A stretch of 64,000 bases of DNA, taken from positions 4,250-68,249 of the forward strand of contig CACDRY010000002.1 of NCBI GenBank assembly GCA_902555275.1. The letters run 5' to 3'. Shown here piece after piece: positions 1 to 10,050 of this stretch (positions within the stretch are counted from its first letter, which is position 1; each line of letters begins with the position of its first letter). Position numbers and translations under genes: made by a program. The notes under the pieces are model-generated. The model saw nothing but the letters and a program-made list of their open reading frames with translations. It made no database searches and was not told the origin of the DNA. The DNA is from an uncultured Pelagibacteraceae bacterium. GTDB lineage: Bacteria > Pseudomonadota > Alphaproteobacteria > Pelagibacterales > Pelagibacteraceae.

Positions 1-140
1 AGAGGGAGATTAAGCAAGAAATTGACATAGACAAAGAGTTTAACGAGTCAATTATAAAAGAAACAAACAGACAACTTAATGCCTTTTCAATAATATTTTT
101 TAAAAGATTAAAAAAAAATATACAAATAAATGAATTATAA
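1..140 (+). CDS. C-terminal end of SurA-like chaperone/peptidylprolyl isomerase (partial, runs off window)
   Basis: Open frame from base 3 (REIKQEID...KETNRQLNAFSIIFFKRLKKNIQINEL*), TAA 138-140, overlapping pdxA start; surA-pdxA-rsmA is conserved synteny. Confidence 0.65.
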   Translation, partial: REIKQEIDIDKEFNESIIKETNRQLNAFSIIFFKRLKKNIQINEL

Positions 141-1095
141 AATTATCCTTATAGTTTTAGGTGAGCCAAATAGTACTTTTTTAGAGGTTTTATTTAAATA
201 TTTTAAATCATCAAATTTTAAAAATAACAAAAAAAAAATAATATTAATTGGTAGTAAGCAGCTCGTTGAAAAACAAATGAAAATATTAAAATACAAAATA
301 AAAATAAACGAAATCGACAACATCTATAATTTTAAGAATAAATTTATAAATATTATTAATGTAAACTATAACTTCAGCAAAGCTTTTACTAATATTACAA
401 GCAATTCAAATGACTATATTGAAAACTGCTTTGATCTAGCCATCAAACTGATTAAAAAAAATAATTTAAATATGTTAATTAATGGTCCTGTTTCGAAAAC
501 CCACTTTTTACAAAAAAGATTTCCTGGAATTACAGAATATGTTGGATTTAAAACAAAAACAAAACAACAGACAATGCTCATTTATAACAATAGATTATCC
601 GTATGTCCTTTAACAACACATATTCCAATAAAAAATGTTGCAGAAAAAATTAAAAAAAAAAAAATAATCAATACAGTAAGCAAAATAAATTCTTTTTATA
701 AGTCAAAATTAAAAAAAAAACCTAAGATTGCAGTACTTGGATTAAATCCTCATTGTGAGACAACAGATAAAGTTAGTGAGGAAAAAAAACAAATAGTTCC
801 AGCTATTGATTACTTAAAAAAAAAAAAAATTAACATTGTTGGTCCCTTTTCCGCGGATACTTTTTTTATAGAAAAAAACATTAAGAAATTTGACGTAGTA
901 GTTGGTATGTATCACGACCAGGTCCTGACACCAATTAAAACTTTATTTAATTTTAATGCTATAAATATTACAATCGGATTACCATTTATAAAAGTTACTC
1001 CTGATCATGGACCTAATTATGAAATGATTGGTAAGAATAAATCTGATCCATCATCCATTTTTTATGCATTTAAATTTTTAAATAAAATTAAATGA
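130..1095 (+). CDS. pdxA: 4-hydroxythreonine-4-phosphate dehydrogenase
   Basis: GEP, TTHIP, GLNPH, GPFSADT, MYHDQ, TPDHG motifs. Confidence 0.93.
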   Translation: MNYKIILIVLGEPNSTFLEVLFKYFKSSNFKNNKKKIILIGSKQLVEKQMKILKYKIKINEIDNIYNFKNKFINIINVNYNFSKAFTNITSNSNDYIENCFDLAIKLIKKNNLNMLINGPVSKTHFLQKRFPGITEYVGFKTKTKQQTMLIYNNRLSVCPLTTHIPIKNVAEKIKKKKIINTVSKINSFYKSKLKKKPKIAVLGLNPHCETTDKVSEEKKQIVPAIDYLKKKKINIVGPFSADTFFIEKNIKKFDVVVGMYHDQVLTPIKTLFNFNAINITIGLPFIKVTPDHGPNYEMIGKNKSDPSSIFYAFKFLNKIK

Positions 1096-1880
1096 CTCTT
1101 TATTTCAAGAAGAGCCTAGGGCAAAATTTTCTAATTGATAAAAAAATAATTAATTTAATAACAGAAATTGGAAATATTGAACATGAAGACTCAATATTGG
1201 AAGTTGGACCTGGAGATGGGTCATTGACCAAAAGGTTACTTGAGAAAGACCCAAAGAATTTAACCGTAATAGAAAAAGATAAAAGATTAGTAGATATTTT
1301 AAGAGAAAAATTTGATGGAAAAATAACGATCGTAAATGAAGATATGATGAATTTTGACTATGGGGATTTCAGGCAAAAAAATTTAATTATATTTGGTAAT
1401 CTTCCATATAATATTTCAACTCAAATATTAGCTAAATGGATAAAAATGAAAAATCTGGATAAATTTTGTAAAAAATTTGTATTAATGTTTCAAAAAGAAG
1501 TTGCAGATAGAATAATAGCAAAAACTAATACTAAAAATTATGGTCGATTAGCTATTCTATCTCAATGGAAAATGAATATCGAAAAAGTGACGGATATTGA
1601 ACCAAATAGTTTTAATCCATCCCCCAAAGTTAGAAGTACTTTGTTAACTTTTGTTCCCAAAAAAAAATATTTAAAACTTAAAGATCCTAAAAATTTGGAG
1701 CATATTACTAATATTTTTTTTAGTCAAAGACGTAAAATGGTAGGAAAACCTCTCAAAATCCTGTTTACAAATTTTAAGGAAATTTCTAATGAACTTTCTA
1801 TTGATTTAAAATTAAGACCTCAAAATTTAGATTATGAAACTTACTATAAAATTTGTGAAATATATGAAACTTCAATTTAG
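1092..1880 (+). CDS. rsmA: 16S rRNA adenine dimethyltransferase KsgA/RsmA
   Basis: KKSLGQNFL, EVGPGDG, GNLPYNIST, MFQKEVADR. Confidence 0.96.
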   Translation: MTLYFKKSLGQNFLIDKKIINLITEIGNIEHEDSILEVGPGDGSLTKRLLEKDPKNLTVIEKDKRLVDILREKFDGKITIVNEDMMNFDYGDFRQKNLIIFGNLPYNISTQILAKWIKMKNLDKFCKKFVLMFQKEVADRIIAKTNTKNYGRLAILSQWKMNIEKVTDIEPNSFNPSPKVRSTLLTFVPKKKYLKLKDPKNLEHITNIFFSQRRKMVGKPLKILFTNFKEISNELSIDLKLRPQNLDYETYYKICEIYETSI

Positions 1881-2507
1881 CAATTGTTTAATATGATCCC
1901 TTATAAATTTTTTATTATAATTTATAGATTTGGGTGATTTTGTTTTTGAATTTATAAAATTAATAATTAATTCATAACATTTCTCTAATTTGTCATTTAT
2001 TACTGTAAAGTCATATTCGTTCCAATGTTTCACATCATTTTTGAATTGTTTCATTCTTTCAGAAGCAATCTTTTTGTCTTTATGATCTCTTTTAAGTAAT
2101 CTTTTAAATAATTCTTTTTTTGAGGGTGGAAGGATAAATATAGTTATAATCTTATACTTAAGTTTTTTTTTTTTAATTTGCCTGGTTCCCTGCCAGTCAA
2201 TATCAAAAATAACATTTTCACCTTTTTCTAATTTCTTGACTACATTTTCTCTTAATGAACCATAATAATTTTTGAATACTTTGGCATATTCTAAAAATTT
2301 TTTATCTTCTATTAGTTTCTTAAATTTATTATTATTTACAAAAAAATAATCCCTACCATTTTTTTCATTAAGTCTAGGATTTCTAGTTGTATGAGAAATT
2401 GATATTTTATATTTTCTTCTTTTTGAAATTTTTTTAACTAATGTTGTTTTACCTGCGCCCGAGGGAGAAGATAATATGACAATTACCCCTACATTGTTCT
2501 CGGCCAT
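1872..2507 (-). CDS. gmk: guanylate kinase
   Basis: SSPSGAGKTT, SHTTRNPR, DIDWQG, FILPPS. Confidence 0.97.
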   Translation of the reverse strand: MAENNVGVIVILSSPSGAGKTTLVKKISKRRKYKISISHTTRNPRLNEKNGRDYFFVNNNKFKKLIEDKKFLEYAKVFKNYYGSLRENVVKKLEKGENVIFDIDWQGTRQIKKKKLKYKIITIFILPPSKKELFKRLLKRDHKDKKIASERMKQFKNDVKHWNEYDFTVINDKLEKCYELIINFINSKTKSPKSINYNKKFIRDHIKQLLN

Positions 2508-2518
2508 TTAAGTAAAAA

Positions 2519-2758
2519 TTAGTTTGCTTTATTTTCAATAAATTTAACTGCATCGCCTACAGTTAAAATCTTTTCAGCATCACTATCAGATATCTCAGAA
2601 CCGAATTCTTCCTCGAAAGCCATTACTAACTCTACTGTATCTAAGCTATCTGCACCTAAATCATCTATGAAGCTTGACTCTTCGTTTACTTTAGACTCTT
2701 CGATACCTAAATGATCTGCAACTATTTTTTTTACTTTACTCGAAATATCATCTGACAT
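2519..2758 (-). CDS. acpP: acyl carrier protein (79 aa; start at MSDDISS, not the upstream ORF start)
   Basis: [20 protein letters not shown] phosphopantetheine motif; purine-rich RBS before ATG 2758. Confidence 0.97.
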   Translation of the reverse strand: MSDDISSKVKKIVADHLGIEESKVNEESSFIDDLGADSLDTVELVMAFEEEFGSEISDSDAEKILTVGDAVKFIENKAN

Positions 2759-2804
2759 TTTGTTCCCTTTAATTAATTTGTTAATAAATATTTTATTAAC
2801 TTTG

Positions 2805-3542
2805 TCAACTAAAATACATTCCTCCATTAACATGTATAGTTTCTCCATTAATATAATCAGATAGGTCAGAACTTAAAAAAGCAATTGTATTTGCCACATC
2901 CTCAGGATTACCGAATTTATTGAGTGAAATTCTTGATTTTAATATTTCAGTGTGCTCGTCACTGATTTTATTAGTCATTTCAGACAATATAAACCCCGGA
3001 GATACACAATTAACCTTAATATTTTTTTTTCCATATTCTATTGCAAGGCTTTTAGACATAGCGACTATGCCGGCCTTAGATGCCGCGTAATTTGCTTGTC
3101 CAATATTTCCTGTATGACCCACAACTGATGTAACATTTATTATCTTGCCGTTTTTTAACTTAAGCATTTTTTTTATAACATGTTTGGTCATAAAGAATGT
3201 TGAGGAAAGATTTATGTCAATCACTCTCTTCCACTCTTCTTCTTTCATTCTTATGGATAAATTATCCTCAGTTATTCCTGCATTATTTATTAATATATCA
3301 ATTTTGTTTGATAAAACTTTATCACAATTTTCTACGAAATCTTCAATTCTTGAATGATCAGATATATCAAACTTTAGGATATTCACATTTTTATACTTAT
3401 CTTGAATTTTTTTGAGTTTTTCTTCGTTGGTACCTGTCGCTACTATATTGGATCCTGCAGAAACTAATTTATCTAAGATTGAATGTCCTATGACACCTGT
3501 TGCACCAGTTAAAATTATATTTAAATTTTTTAAATTAATCAT
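2805..3542 (-). CDS. fabG: 3-oxoacyl-ACP reductase
   Basis: [25 protein letters not shown]; between fabD and acpP. Confidence 0.95.
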   Translation of the reverse strand: MINLKNLNIILTGATGVIGHSILDKLVSAGSNIVATGTNEEKLKKIQDKYKNVNILKFDISDHSRIEDFVENCDKVLSNKIDILINNAGITEDNLSIRMKEEEWKRVIDINLSSTFFMTKHVIKKMLKLKNGKIINVTSVVGHTGNIGQANYAASKAGIVAMSKSLAIEYGKKNIKVNCVSPGFILSEMTNKISDEHTEILKSRISLNKFGNPEDVANTIAFLSSDLSDYINGETIHVNGGMYFS

Positions 3543-4459
3543 AAATTATTTAGATCGCTTATATTATTTACTTGAATTAATTTAACATTTCTATCAATTC
3601 TTTTTACAAGACCAGATAACACTTTACCAGGTCCAATCTCAATAAATTTTTGATTTCCTAAATTCATTATATTAGTTATACTTTCTCTCCAACGTACTGT
3701 CTTTTCTATTTGTTCAATTAAAAGCTTCTTGATTGTATCAGGGTCTTTTGATGGTTCTCCCGTTACATTAGAAACTATTTTATTATTTGGTATTGAGAAT
3801 TTAATATTTAATAATTTTTCTTTCATTACATTGGTAGCAGGACTCATCAAAATACAATGAAAAGGTGCTGAAACAGGTAATTTAATATTCTTAATATTTA
3901 AATTTTTTAATTCACTTATTAATTTTTCAAGGTCTTGGATTTTTCCACTTATAACTACTTGTCCATTAGAATTATCATTGGCTATAAAACAATTAAATTT
4001 ATTTTTATTATCTTCGATTATTTTTTCAATTTTCTTTATTTCTTCTCCTAAGACAGCGACCATTCCACCTTCATTTTTAGGAACAGCAGTCTGCATAGCT
4101 TTTCCTCGAATTTTTAAAAGTTTTATTGTCTCTACAAAGTTTATGACACCTGAACAAGCTAAAGCTGAGTATTCACCTAAAGAGTGACCTGCAAAAAAAT
4201 CTGCCTTATCAATATCAAATGAAGTTTCCTTTTTTATAACTTGGAAAATAGCGTAACTTGCCAGAAAAATTGCTGGTTGAGTATTTTCAGTATCATCTAA
4301 TATTTCTTTTGGTCCATTAAAAATTATTTTACTAATAGACAAATTTAATGCATCATCTGCTTGGCCAAAAAGATCTTTAACATAATCGAAATTTTCATAT
4401 AGTTCCCTCACCATTCCAACTGATTGTGAACCTTGGCCTGGAAATAGAACAGAAAACAT
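3539..4459 (-). CDS. fabD: malonyl-CoA-ACP transacylase
   Basis: FPGQGSQ, TQPAI, GHSLGEYSA, VSAPFH, EIGPGKVL. Confidence 0.97.
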   Translation of the reverse strand: MFSVLFPGQGSQSVGMVRELYENFDYVKDLFGQADDALNLSISKIIFNGPKEILDDTENTQPAIFLASYAIFQVIKKETSFDIDKADFFAGHSLGEYSALACSGVINFVETIKLLKIRGKAMQTAVPKNEGGMVAVLGEEIKKIEKIIEDNKNKFNCFIANDNSNGQVVISGKIQDLEKLISELKNLNIKNIKLPVSAPFHCILMSPATNVMKEKLLNIKFSIPNNKIVSNVTGEPSKDPDTIKKLLIEQIEKTVRWRESITNIMNLGNQKFIEIGPGKVLSGLVKRIDRNVKLIQVNNISDLNNL

Positions 4460-4542
4460 AGAAAATATAAGTAAAAACCTTATTTTTATATTGTAATTAA
4501 AAAATTATAATAGTATATCCTCTTTTTTTTAAAAGAATTATT

Positions 4543-4887
4543 ATGAACTTATATGAACATACGATTATCGCCAGACAGGATGTAAGTCCGACCCAAATAA
4601 AACAAATTCAAGAGAAATATTCTAAAATAGTCAAAAAATATGAAGGAGATGTTGTTAAATTAGAAAATTGGGGTTTAATGAATTTATCTTATTTAATCAA
4701 AAAAAATAAAAAAGGAAATTATATCCATTTTAAAATAAAAGGTGATGGAAAAACAATATCAGAACTTGAAAAGAGTGAAAAAATTGACAAAAATCTTCTA
4801 AGATTTTTGACTGTTAAGGTTAAAGAATTTGATCTTAAAACTGACTACTTTAAAAAAAGCGATGAGAAAGAATATATAAATAAATAA
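4543..4887 (+). CDS. rpsF: 30S ribosomal protein S6
   Basis: LYEH..IARQD, ENWG..LSY.IKK; S6-S18-L9 cluster. Confidence 0.93.
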   Translation: MNLYEHTIIARQDVSPTQIKQIQEKYSKIVKKYEGDVVKLENWGLMNLSYLIKKNKKGNYIHFKIKGDGKTISELEKSEKIDKNLLRFLTVKVKEFDLKTDYFKKSDEKEYINK

Positions 4888-4891
4888 AATC

Positions 4892-5161
4892 ATGAAAAAG
4901 AGAAATAACAAAAAAAAGACTAAACAAAGTAATTTTGCAAAATTAAGTATTTTTCAAAATCAAAAATATAAATTTAAAAAGAAATGTCCTTTATCAGTAA
5001 AAGGTGCACCAACCGTAGATTATAAAAATATAAAATTATTAAAAAGGTATGTATCAGAAAATGGAAAAATTTTACCTTCAAGAATCACATCAGTAAGTCA
5101 AAAAAAACAGAGAGAGCTATCTCTTTCAATTAAAAGAGCTAGAAATTTAGCCTTACTATAA
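4892..5161 (+). CDS. rpsR: 30S ribosomal protein S18
   Basis: [24 protein letters not shown]...[10 protein letters not shown]. Confidence 0.97.
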   Translation: MKKRNNKKKTKQSNFAKLSIFQNQKYKFKKKCPLSVKGAPTVDYKNIKLLKRYVSENGKILPSRITSVSQKKQRELSLSIKRARNLALL

Positions 5162-5163
5162 AA

Positions 5164-5622
5164 ATGAAAGTAATTTTATTAGAAAATGTTAGAAAGGTAG
5201 GCTCAATTGGCGAAATAATTGAGGTAAAAAGAGGTTTTGCTAGAAACTTTCTAATCTCAAAGAAAAAAGCTCTATTTGCATCGAAAGAAAATATAAAAGA
5301 AGTTGAAAAAATTAAACAAGATTTAAGTAAAAAAGACCAAGATAAAAAAAAAGAGGCAAAATTAATACACGAAAAAATTAAAAATAAATTATATGAAATT
5401 AAAAAATTAAGTACCGAAAATAAAGAGCTTTATGGCTCTGTTAAGCCCACAGAAATATCAAAAATGTTACAGGAAGCTGATGAGGTTAAAATAAACCCAT
5501 CCTTAATACAACCCTCTAAAGAAATTAAATCTCTCGGTGATTTTGAAGTTTTAATTAATCTTCATCCAGAAGTTCAAACCCAGATTGTAATTAAAACTAT
5601 TGCTCAAGAAGAATTTAAATAA
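5164..5622 (+). CDS. rplI: 50S ribosomal protein L9
   Basis: MKVILLE..GSIGEIIEVKRGFARNFL, LYGSV, LHPEV. Confidence 0.97.
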   Translation: MKVILLENVRKVGSIGEIIEVKRGFARNFLISKKKALFASKENIKEVEKIKQDLSKKDQDKKKEAKLIHEKIKNKLYEIKKLSTENKELYGSVKPTEISKMLQEADEVKINPSLIQPSKEIKSLGDFEVLINLHPEVQTQIVIKTIAQEEFK

Positions 5623-5655
5623 TTATACATATTTTTCCCCAATAGTATTAAACAT

Positions 5656-5684
5656 TTGAATTAATTTAACCTATTCGATAAAAT
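5656..5684 (+). promoter_or_regulatory. sigma70-like promoter for dnaB (TTGAAT-17 bp-TAAAAT), predicting a leaderless GTG start at 5691
   Basis: TTGAAT 5656-5661, TAAAAT 5679-5684, 6 nt to in-frame GTG 5691. Confidence 0.5.
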
Positions 5685-7106
5685 TTGAATGTGTCACAGT
5701 CATTAAATATTGTTAAAACAAAGTTAGATGAACTTCCTAACAACATTGAAGCAGAACAGTCTGTTATTGGCTCAATATTACTTTCAAATGAAATATTTGA
5801 TGAAATAAATATACTAATTTCAAGTAAAAATTTCTATGATCCTATGCACCAAAAAATTTTTAGTGCTATTGAAAGTTTAATTTATAAAGGAATGTTGGCA
5901 AATCCAATTACTCTTAAAAATCACTTTCAAAATGAGAAAGACGATTTAAATATCCCTGAATATCTTGTCAAAATTACAAAATTTTCAACTTCTTCAAGAC
6001 AAAGTATTGAATACTCTAAATTAATTTATGATTTATTTGTGAAAAGAGAGCTTATCAAAATTTCTGACAATATAATTGATACAGCAAAATTGAATGATTT
6101 AAATAATGATGGACAGCAAATTATAGAAAATTTTGAAAAATCTTTATTTGATCTAGCTGAGAAAGGTTCGTTTAGTTCATCGATAGTAAAATTTGATGAG
6201 GCGATGAGACAAACAATAGAAATGGCTTCGAATGCCTATAAAAATGAAGAAGGTATTGTTGGCGTTCCATCAGGTTTAAGAGATTTAGATGATAGATTAG
6301 GTGGAATGCACAAATCAGATTTAATAATTATTGCTGGTAGACCTTCTATGGGAAAGACTGCTTTAGCAACAAATATTGCATTTCATGCTGCAAAAAATAT
6401 CCAAGAAAAAGGAGAAAAATCATGTATTGCTTTTTTTTCACTAGAAATGTCTTCAGAACAATTATCCACTAGAATTTTAGCTGAACAATCAAGAATAAAA
6501 TCAAATGATATTAGGAGAGGAAAAATTTCAGAAGAACAATTTGATAAATTTATAGAAACTTCAAAAAATATATCAGAGCTCCCATTGTATATTGACGAAA
6601 CTCCGGCAATATCTATTGCTGCACTAAGCAATAGAGCAAGAAGAATAAAAAGAATTCATGGCTTAGATTTGATTGTAATAGACTATATTCAATTAATGAA
6701 AGGTACCAACTTTAAAGATGGTAGAGTTCAAGAAATTTCTGAAATAACCCAGGGACTTAAAGCTTTAGCAAAAGAATTATCAGTTCCAGTCTTAGCTCTA
6801 TCTCAGTTATCTAGAGCTGTTGAACAAAGAGACGATAAAAAACCTTTACTTTCAGATCTAAGAGAATCCGGATCTATAGAACAAGATGCAGATGTCGTAA
6901 TGTTTGTCTTCAGAGAGTCTTATTATTTAAAAAATAAGGAACCAAGACCAGCAACTGTTGAACATGCAGAATGGCAAGCAAAAATGAATGAAATTTCACA
7001 TTTAGCTGAGCTACTCATACTTAAACAAAGACACGGACCAACAGGTACTATAATGCTTGAATTTGAGGAAATGTTTACCAAATTTAAAGATATTCAAAAT
7101 AATTAA
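5685..7106 (+). CDS. dnaB: replicative DNA helicase (start possibly GTG 5691)
   Basis: PNNIEAEQSVIG, AGRPSMGKT, FSLEMS, IDYIQL, LSQLSRAVEQR, LRESGSIEQDAD, KQRHGPTG. Confidence 0.98.
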   Translation: MNVSQSLNIVKTKLDELPNNIEAEQSVIGSILLSNEIFDEINILISSKNFYDPMHQKIFSAIESLIYKGMLANPITLKNHFQNEKDDLNIPEYLVKITKFSTSSRQSIEYSKLIYDLFVKRELIKISDNIIDTAKLNDLNNDGQQIIENFEKSLFDLAEKGSFSSSIVKFDEAMRQTIEMASNAYKNEEGIVGVPSGLRDLDDRLGGMHKSDLIIIAGRPSMGKTALATNIAFHAAKNIQEKGEKSCIAFFSLEMSSEQLSTRILAEQSRIKSNDIRRGKISEEQFDKFIETSKNISELPLYIDETPAISIAALSNRARRIKRIHGLDLIVIDYIQLMKGTNFKDGRVQEISEITQGLKALAKELSVPVLALSQLSRAVEQRDDKKPLLSDLRESGSIEQDADVVMFVFRESYYLKNKEPRPATVEHAEWQAKMNEISHLAELLILKQRHGPTGTIMLEFEEMFTKFKDIQNN

Positions 7107-7131
7107 TATAATTTATAAAAGCTAATACTAA

Positions 7132-9504
7132 ATGTTAGCTAATTTTTATCAAAAAAATATTATAGAAAAACCAAAACTAATTATTTCAATATTGGTACTT
7201 ATATTGATAACTGCATTTTACTATTCTAAAGACTTTAGGTTAGATGCTAGTTCAGAAACACTATTATTGGAAAATGATCCCGATCTAAAATATCTAAATG
7301 AAATAAATGAGAGGTATGGTGCTAAAGAATTTCTAATACTCACTTACTCCCCAGTTAGTAAAATGAATTCTCAGGAATCAATTAAAAATCTTTCTGAATT
7401 AAAAAACGAGTTAGAAACATTAAACTGGGTTTATAATGTTGTTACTCTTTTAGATATTCCTTTATTAGAGTCAACAGATGATAGTTTAATTGAACGTATT
7501 CAAAATTTTAAAACGCTTACAAGTAAGAATATAAATAAAGACCGTGGATTTAAAGAAATATTAAACAGTCCAGTATTTAGAAACTTTGTGATTAGCGAGG
7601 ACGGAAAAACAAGTGGCATCATTGTATATATAAAGCCAAACAAAACAGATAAAGAGATAAAGACCAATAAAGAATTAGAGGCTTATAAAGATAAAATTAA
7701 AAAAGAGCGACATCAAAATATTCTAGAAATTAGAGAGATTATAAAAAATCATAATCAAAATAGCCAAATTTATCTTGGAGGTATTCCAATGATAGCAGAT
7801 GATATGATGACTTTTATTAAAAATGATATTGTTACGTTTGGAATTGGGGTATTACTATTTATAATATTAACGCTTTGGTATGTATTCAGAAAAATAATTT
7901 GGATAATAATTCCAATCAGTAGCTGTTTCTTTTCGGTTGTATTTATGACAGGTTTTCTGGGTTTGGTTGGGTGGAAAGTTACTGTAATTTCATCAAATTT
8001 TATTGCGTTAATGTTAATTCTTACAATGGCAATGAATATTCATATGAGTACTAGGTTTTTGCAACTAAACACACAGTTTCCAGGAAAGAAAAAATTTGAA
8101 ATTTTAATTTTGACAACAAAAAAAATGATTTGGCCAATATTTTATACTGTCTTAACAACAATATGTGCTTTTATGTCATTAATTTTTAGTGAAATAAAAC
8201 CAATTATTGATTTTGGATGGATGATGACTTTTGGACTGATAACCTCGCTAACAATTACATTCACACTTCTTCCTACATTGTTAAGTTTTTTTCAAAACTC
8301 AAATGTTAGATTAACTGAGGAAAAAGACTCAAAAATAACAAGATATCTAGGAATATTAGCAATTAAAAATAAAAATTACATATTTGGTTTAACTGGGATT
8401 ATTATATTTTTAAGCATATTTGGTATCTCAAAATTAGAAGTTGAAAATAGTTTCATCAATTACTTTGATAAAAATACTGAGATTTATAAAGGTATGAAGT
8501 TAATAGATGAAAAATTGGGTGGAACAACTCCACTAGAAGTAATTTTAAAATTTCCAAAAGATGAGGATGAAGAAACTAATAGTGAGAATGATTGGGGCGA
8601 TGAGGATGAAAATGACAATAAATATTGGTTTACAAAAGATAAAATTAATAAAATAACTCTAGTTCACAATTATTTAGATGATATTGAGGCTGTTGGTAAA
8701 GTTTTATCCTTTTCATCTATAATTGAAGTTGCAACAAAATTAAATAATAATAAACCACTTGGAACTTTAGAAATGGGAGTTCTGTATACTAAAATTCCAG
8801 ATAATATCAAAAAAGAAATAGTAGACCCATATATATCTATAAAAAATTCTGAAGCTCGAATAAGTTTAAGAATAAAAGACTCTTTAGATGGATTGAGAAG
8901 AAATGATCTGATTAATCAAATTAATTTTGATTTAGAAAATAAATTAAATATCAGTAAAGATGAATTTAAACTTGGAGGTGTGCTTATATTGTTCAACAAT
9001 TTACTTCAAAGTTTATTTAAATCCCAAATCTTAACTCTTGGATTTGTTATGGTTGGAATATTTGTTATGTTTTTAATTCTTTTTAGAAATATTAAAATTT
9101 CACTAATTGGCATAATACCTAATTTTATTGCAGCTTTTTTTATTCTGGGAATAATTGGTTTGGCTGGAATTCCTTTAGATATGATGACAATTACAATTGC
9201 TGCTATCACGATTGGTATTGCAGTAGATAATAGCATTCATTATATTTATAGATTTAGGGAAGAACTGACTAAAATAAAAGATTACAATAAAACACTAAAA
9301 TATTGCCATTCGACAGTAGGAGTGGCGATACTCAATACATCTATAACAATTGTATTTGGGTTTTCTATTTTGGTTTTATCTAATTTTATACCAACTATAT
9401 ATTTTGGTGTCTTCACTGGCTTAGCAATGCTATTGGCTATGATATCAGTTTTAACATTATTGCCATCTTTACTTTTAGTACTCAAACCTTTTAACATTGA
9501 GTAA
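7132..9504 (+). CDS. MMPL/RND-family membrane transporter
   Basis: Two repeated halves of 1 TM + extracytoplasmic domain + 5 TM; GIAVDNSIH motif. Confidence 0.85.
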   Translation: MLANFYQKNIIEKPKLIISILVLILITAFYYSKDFRLDASSETLLLENDPDLKYLNEINERYGAKEFLILTYSPVSKMNSQESIKNLSELKNELETLNWVYNVVTLLDIPLLESTDDSLIERIQNFKTLTSKNINKDRGFKEILNSPVFRNFVISEDGKTSGIIVYIKPNKTDKEIKTNKELEAYKDKIKKERHQNILEIREIIKNHNQNSQIYLGGIPMIADDMMTFIKNDIVTFGIGVLLFIILTLWYVFRKIIWIIIPISSCFFSVVFMTGFLGLVGWKVTVISSNFIALMLILTMAMNIHMSTRFLQLNTQFPGKKKFEILILTTKKMIWPIFYTVLTTICAFMSLIFSEIKPIIDFGWMMTFGLITSLTITFTLLPTLLSFFQNSNVRLTEEKDSKITRYLGILAIKNKNYIFGLTGIIIFLSIFGISKLEVENSFINYFDKNTEIYKGMKLIDEKLGGTTPLEVILKFPKDEDEETNSENDWGDEDENDNKYWFTKDKINKITLVHNYLDDIEAVGKVLSFSSIIEVATKLNNNKPLGTLEMGVLYTKIPDNIKKEIVDPYISIKNSEARISLRIKDSLDGLRRNDLINQINFDLENKLNISKDEFKLGGVLILFNNLLQSLFKSQILTLGFVMVGIFVMFLILFRNIKISLIGIIPNFIAAFFILGIIGLAGIPLDMMTITIAAITIGIAVDNSIHYIYRFREELTKIKDYNKTLKYCHSTVGVAILNTSITIVFGFSILVLSNFIPTIYFGVFTGLAMLLAMISVLTLLPSLLLVLKPFNIE

Positions 9505-9507
9505 TTA

Positions 9508-10050
9508 ATGGAAGTTGTAAAAGATTTTTTTACTGAACTATATATCTTTGATATTGTTTATTTAGTTTTCACAGCACTATCCTTGATTACTTGCACAAAA
9601 AAAGGTTTTTTATTGAGTGTTTTGTCAGCCTCTAAATGGCTTTTAGCTTATGTCATTACTCTATTTCTATTCCCAAAAGTAAAGCCATATTTTGAGGATA
9701 TAATTGATAGTGAATATGTCCTTGATATAGCAGTTGGCATAGGATTATTCATAATAATTATTTTTTTAATTTTATTAATAAATAAAGGAATTAATAGAGC
9801 AGTCACATACTCTGGATTAGGGAATTTAGATAGAATCTTTGGTTTCTTTTTTGGTTTTGTTAGGGCTTACGTTATAGTTGTATGTATTTATACAACTATA
9901 AATATCATCTATAACCACAAAAAATGGCCAATTAAATTAGATGATGCTTTTACATATGCATGGGTTGAAAAAGGTAGTAACTATCTTATAAAAGAATTTC
10001 CAGATAAAAAAGATTATGAAGAAACTAAGAAAAAAGTTCAAGATATATGA
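9508..10050 (+). CDS. cvpA: CvpA-family membrane protein
   Basis: Hydrophobic, LGNLDRIFGFFFG motif, immediately upstream of purF. Confidence 0.85.
   Translation: MEVVKDFFTELYIFDIVYLVFTALSLITCTKKGFLLSVLSASKWLLAYVITLFLFPKVKPYFEDIIDSEYVLDIAVGIGLFIIIIFLILLINKGINRAVTYSGLGNLDRIFGFFFGFVRAYVIVVCIYTTINIIYNHKKWPIKLDDAFTYAWVEKGSNYLIKEFPDKKDYEETKKKVQDI

Noticed and set aside
229-830. Long poly-A tracts in pdxA and other genes as phase-variation or frameshift sites
   Set aside because: They encode poly-Lys in intact frames and are ubiquitous at this AT content.
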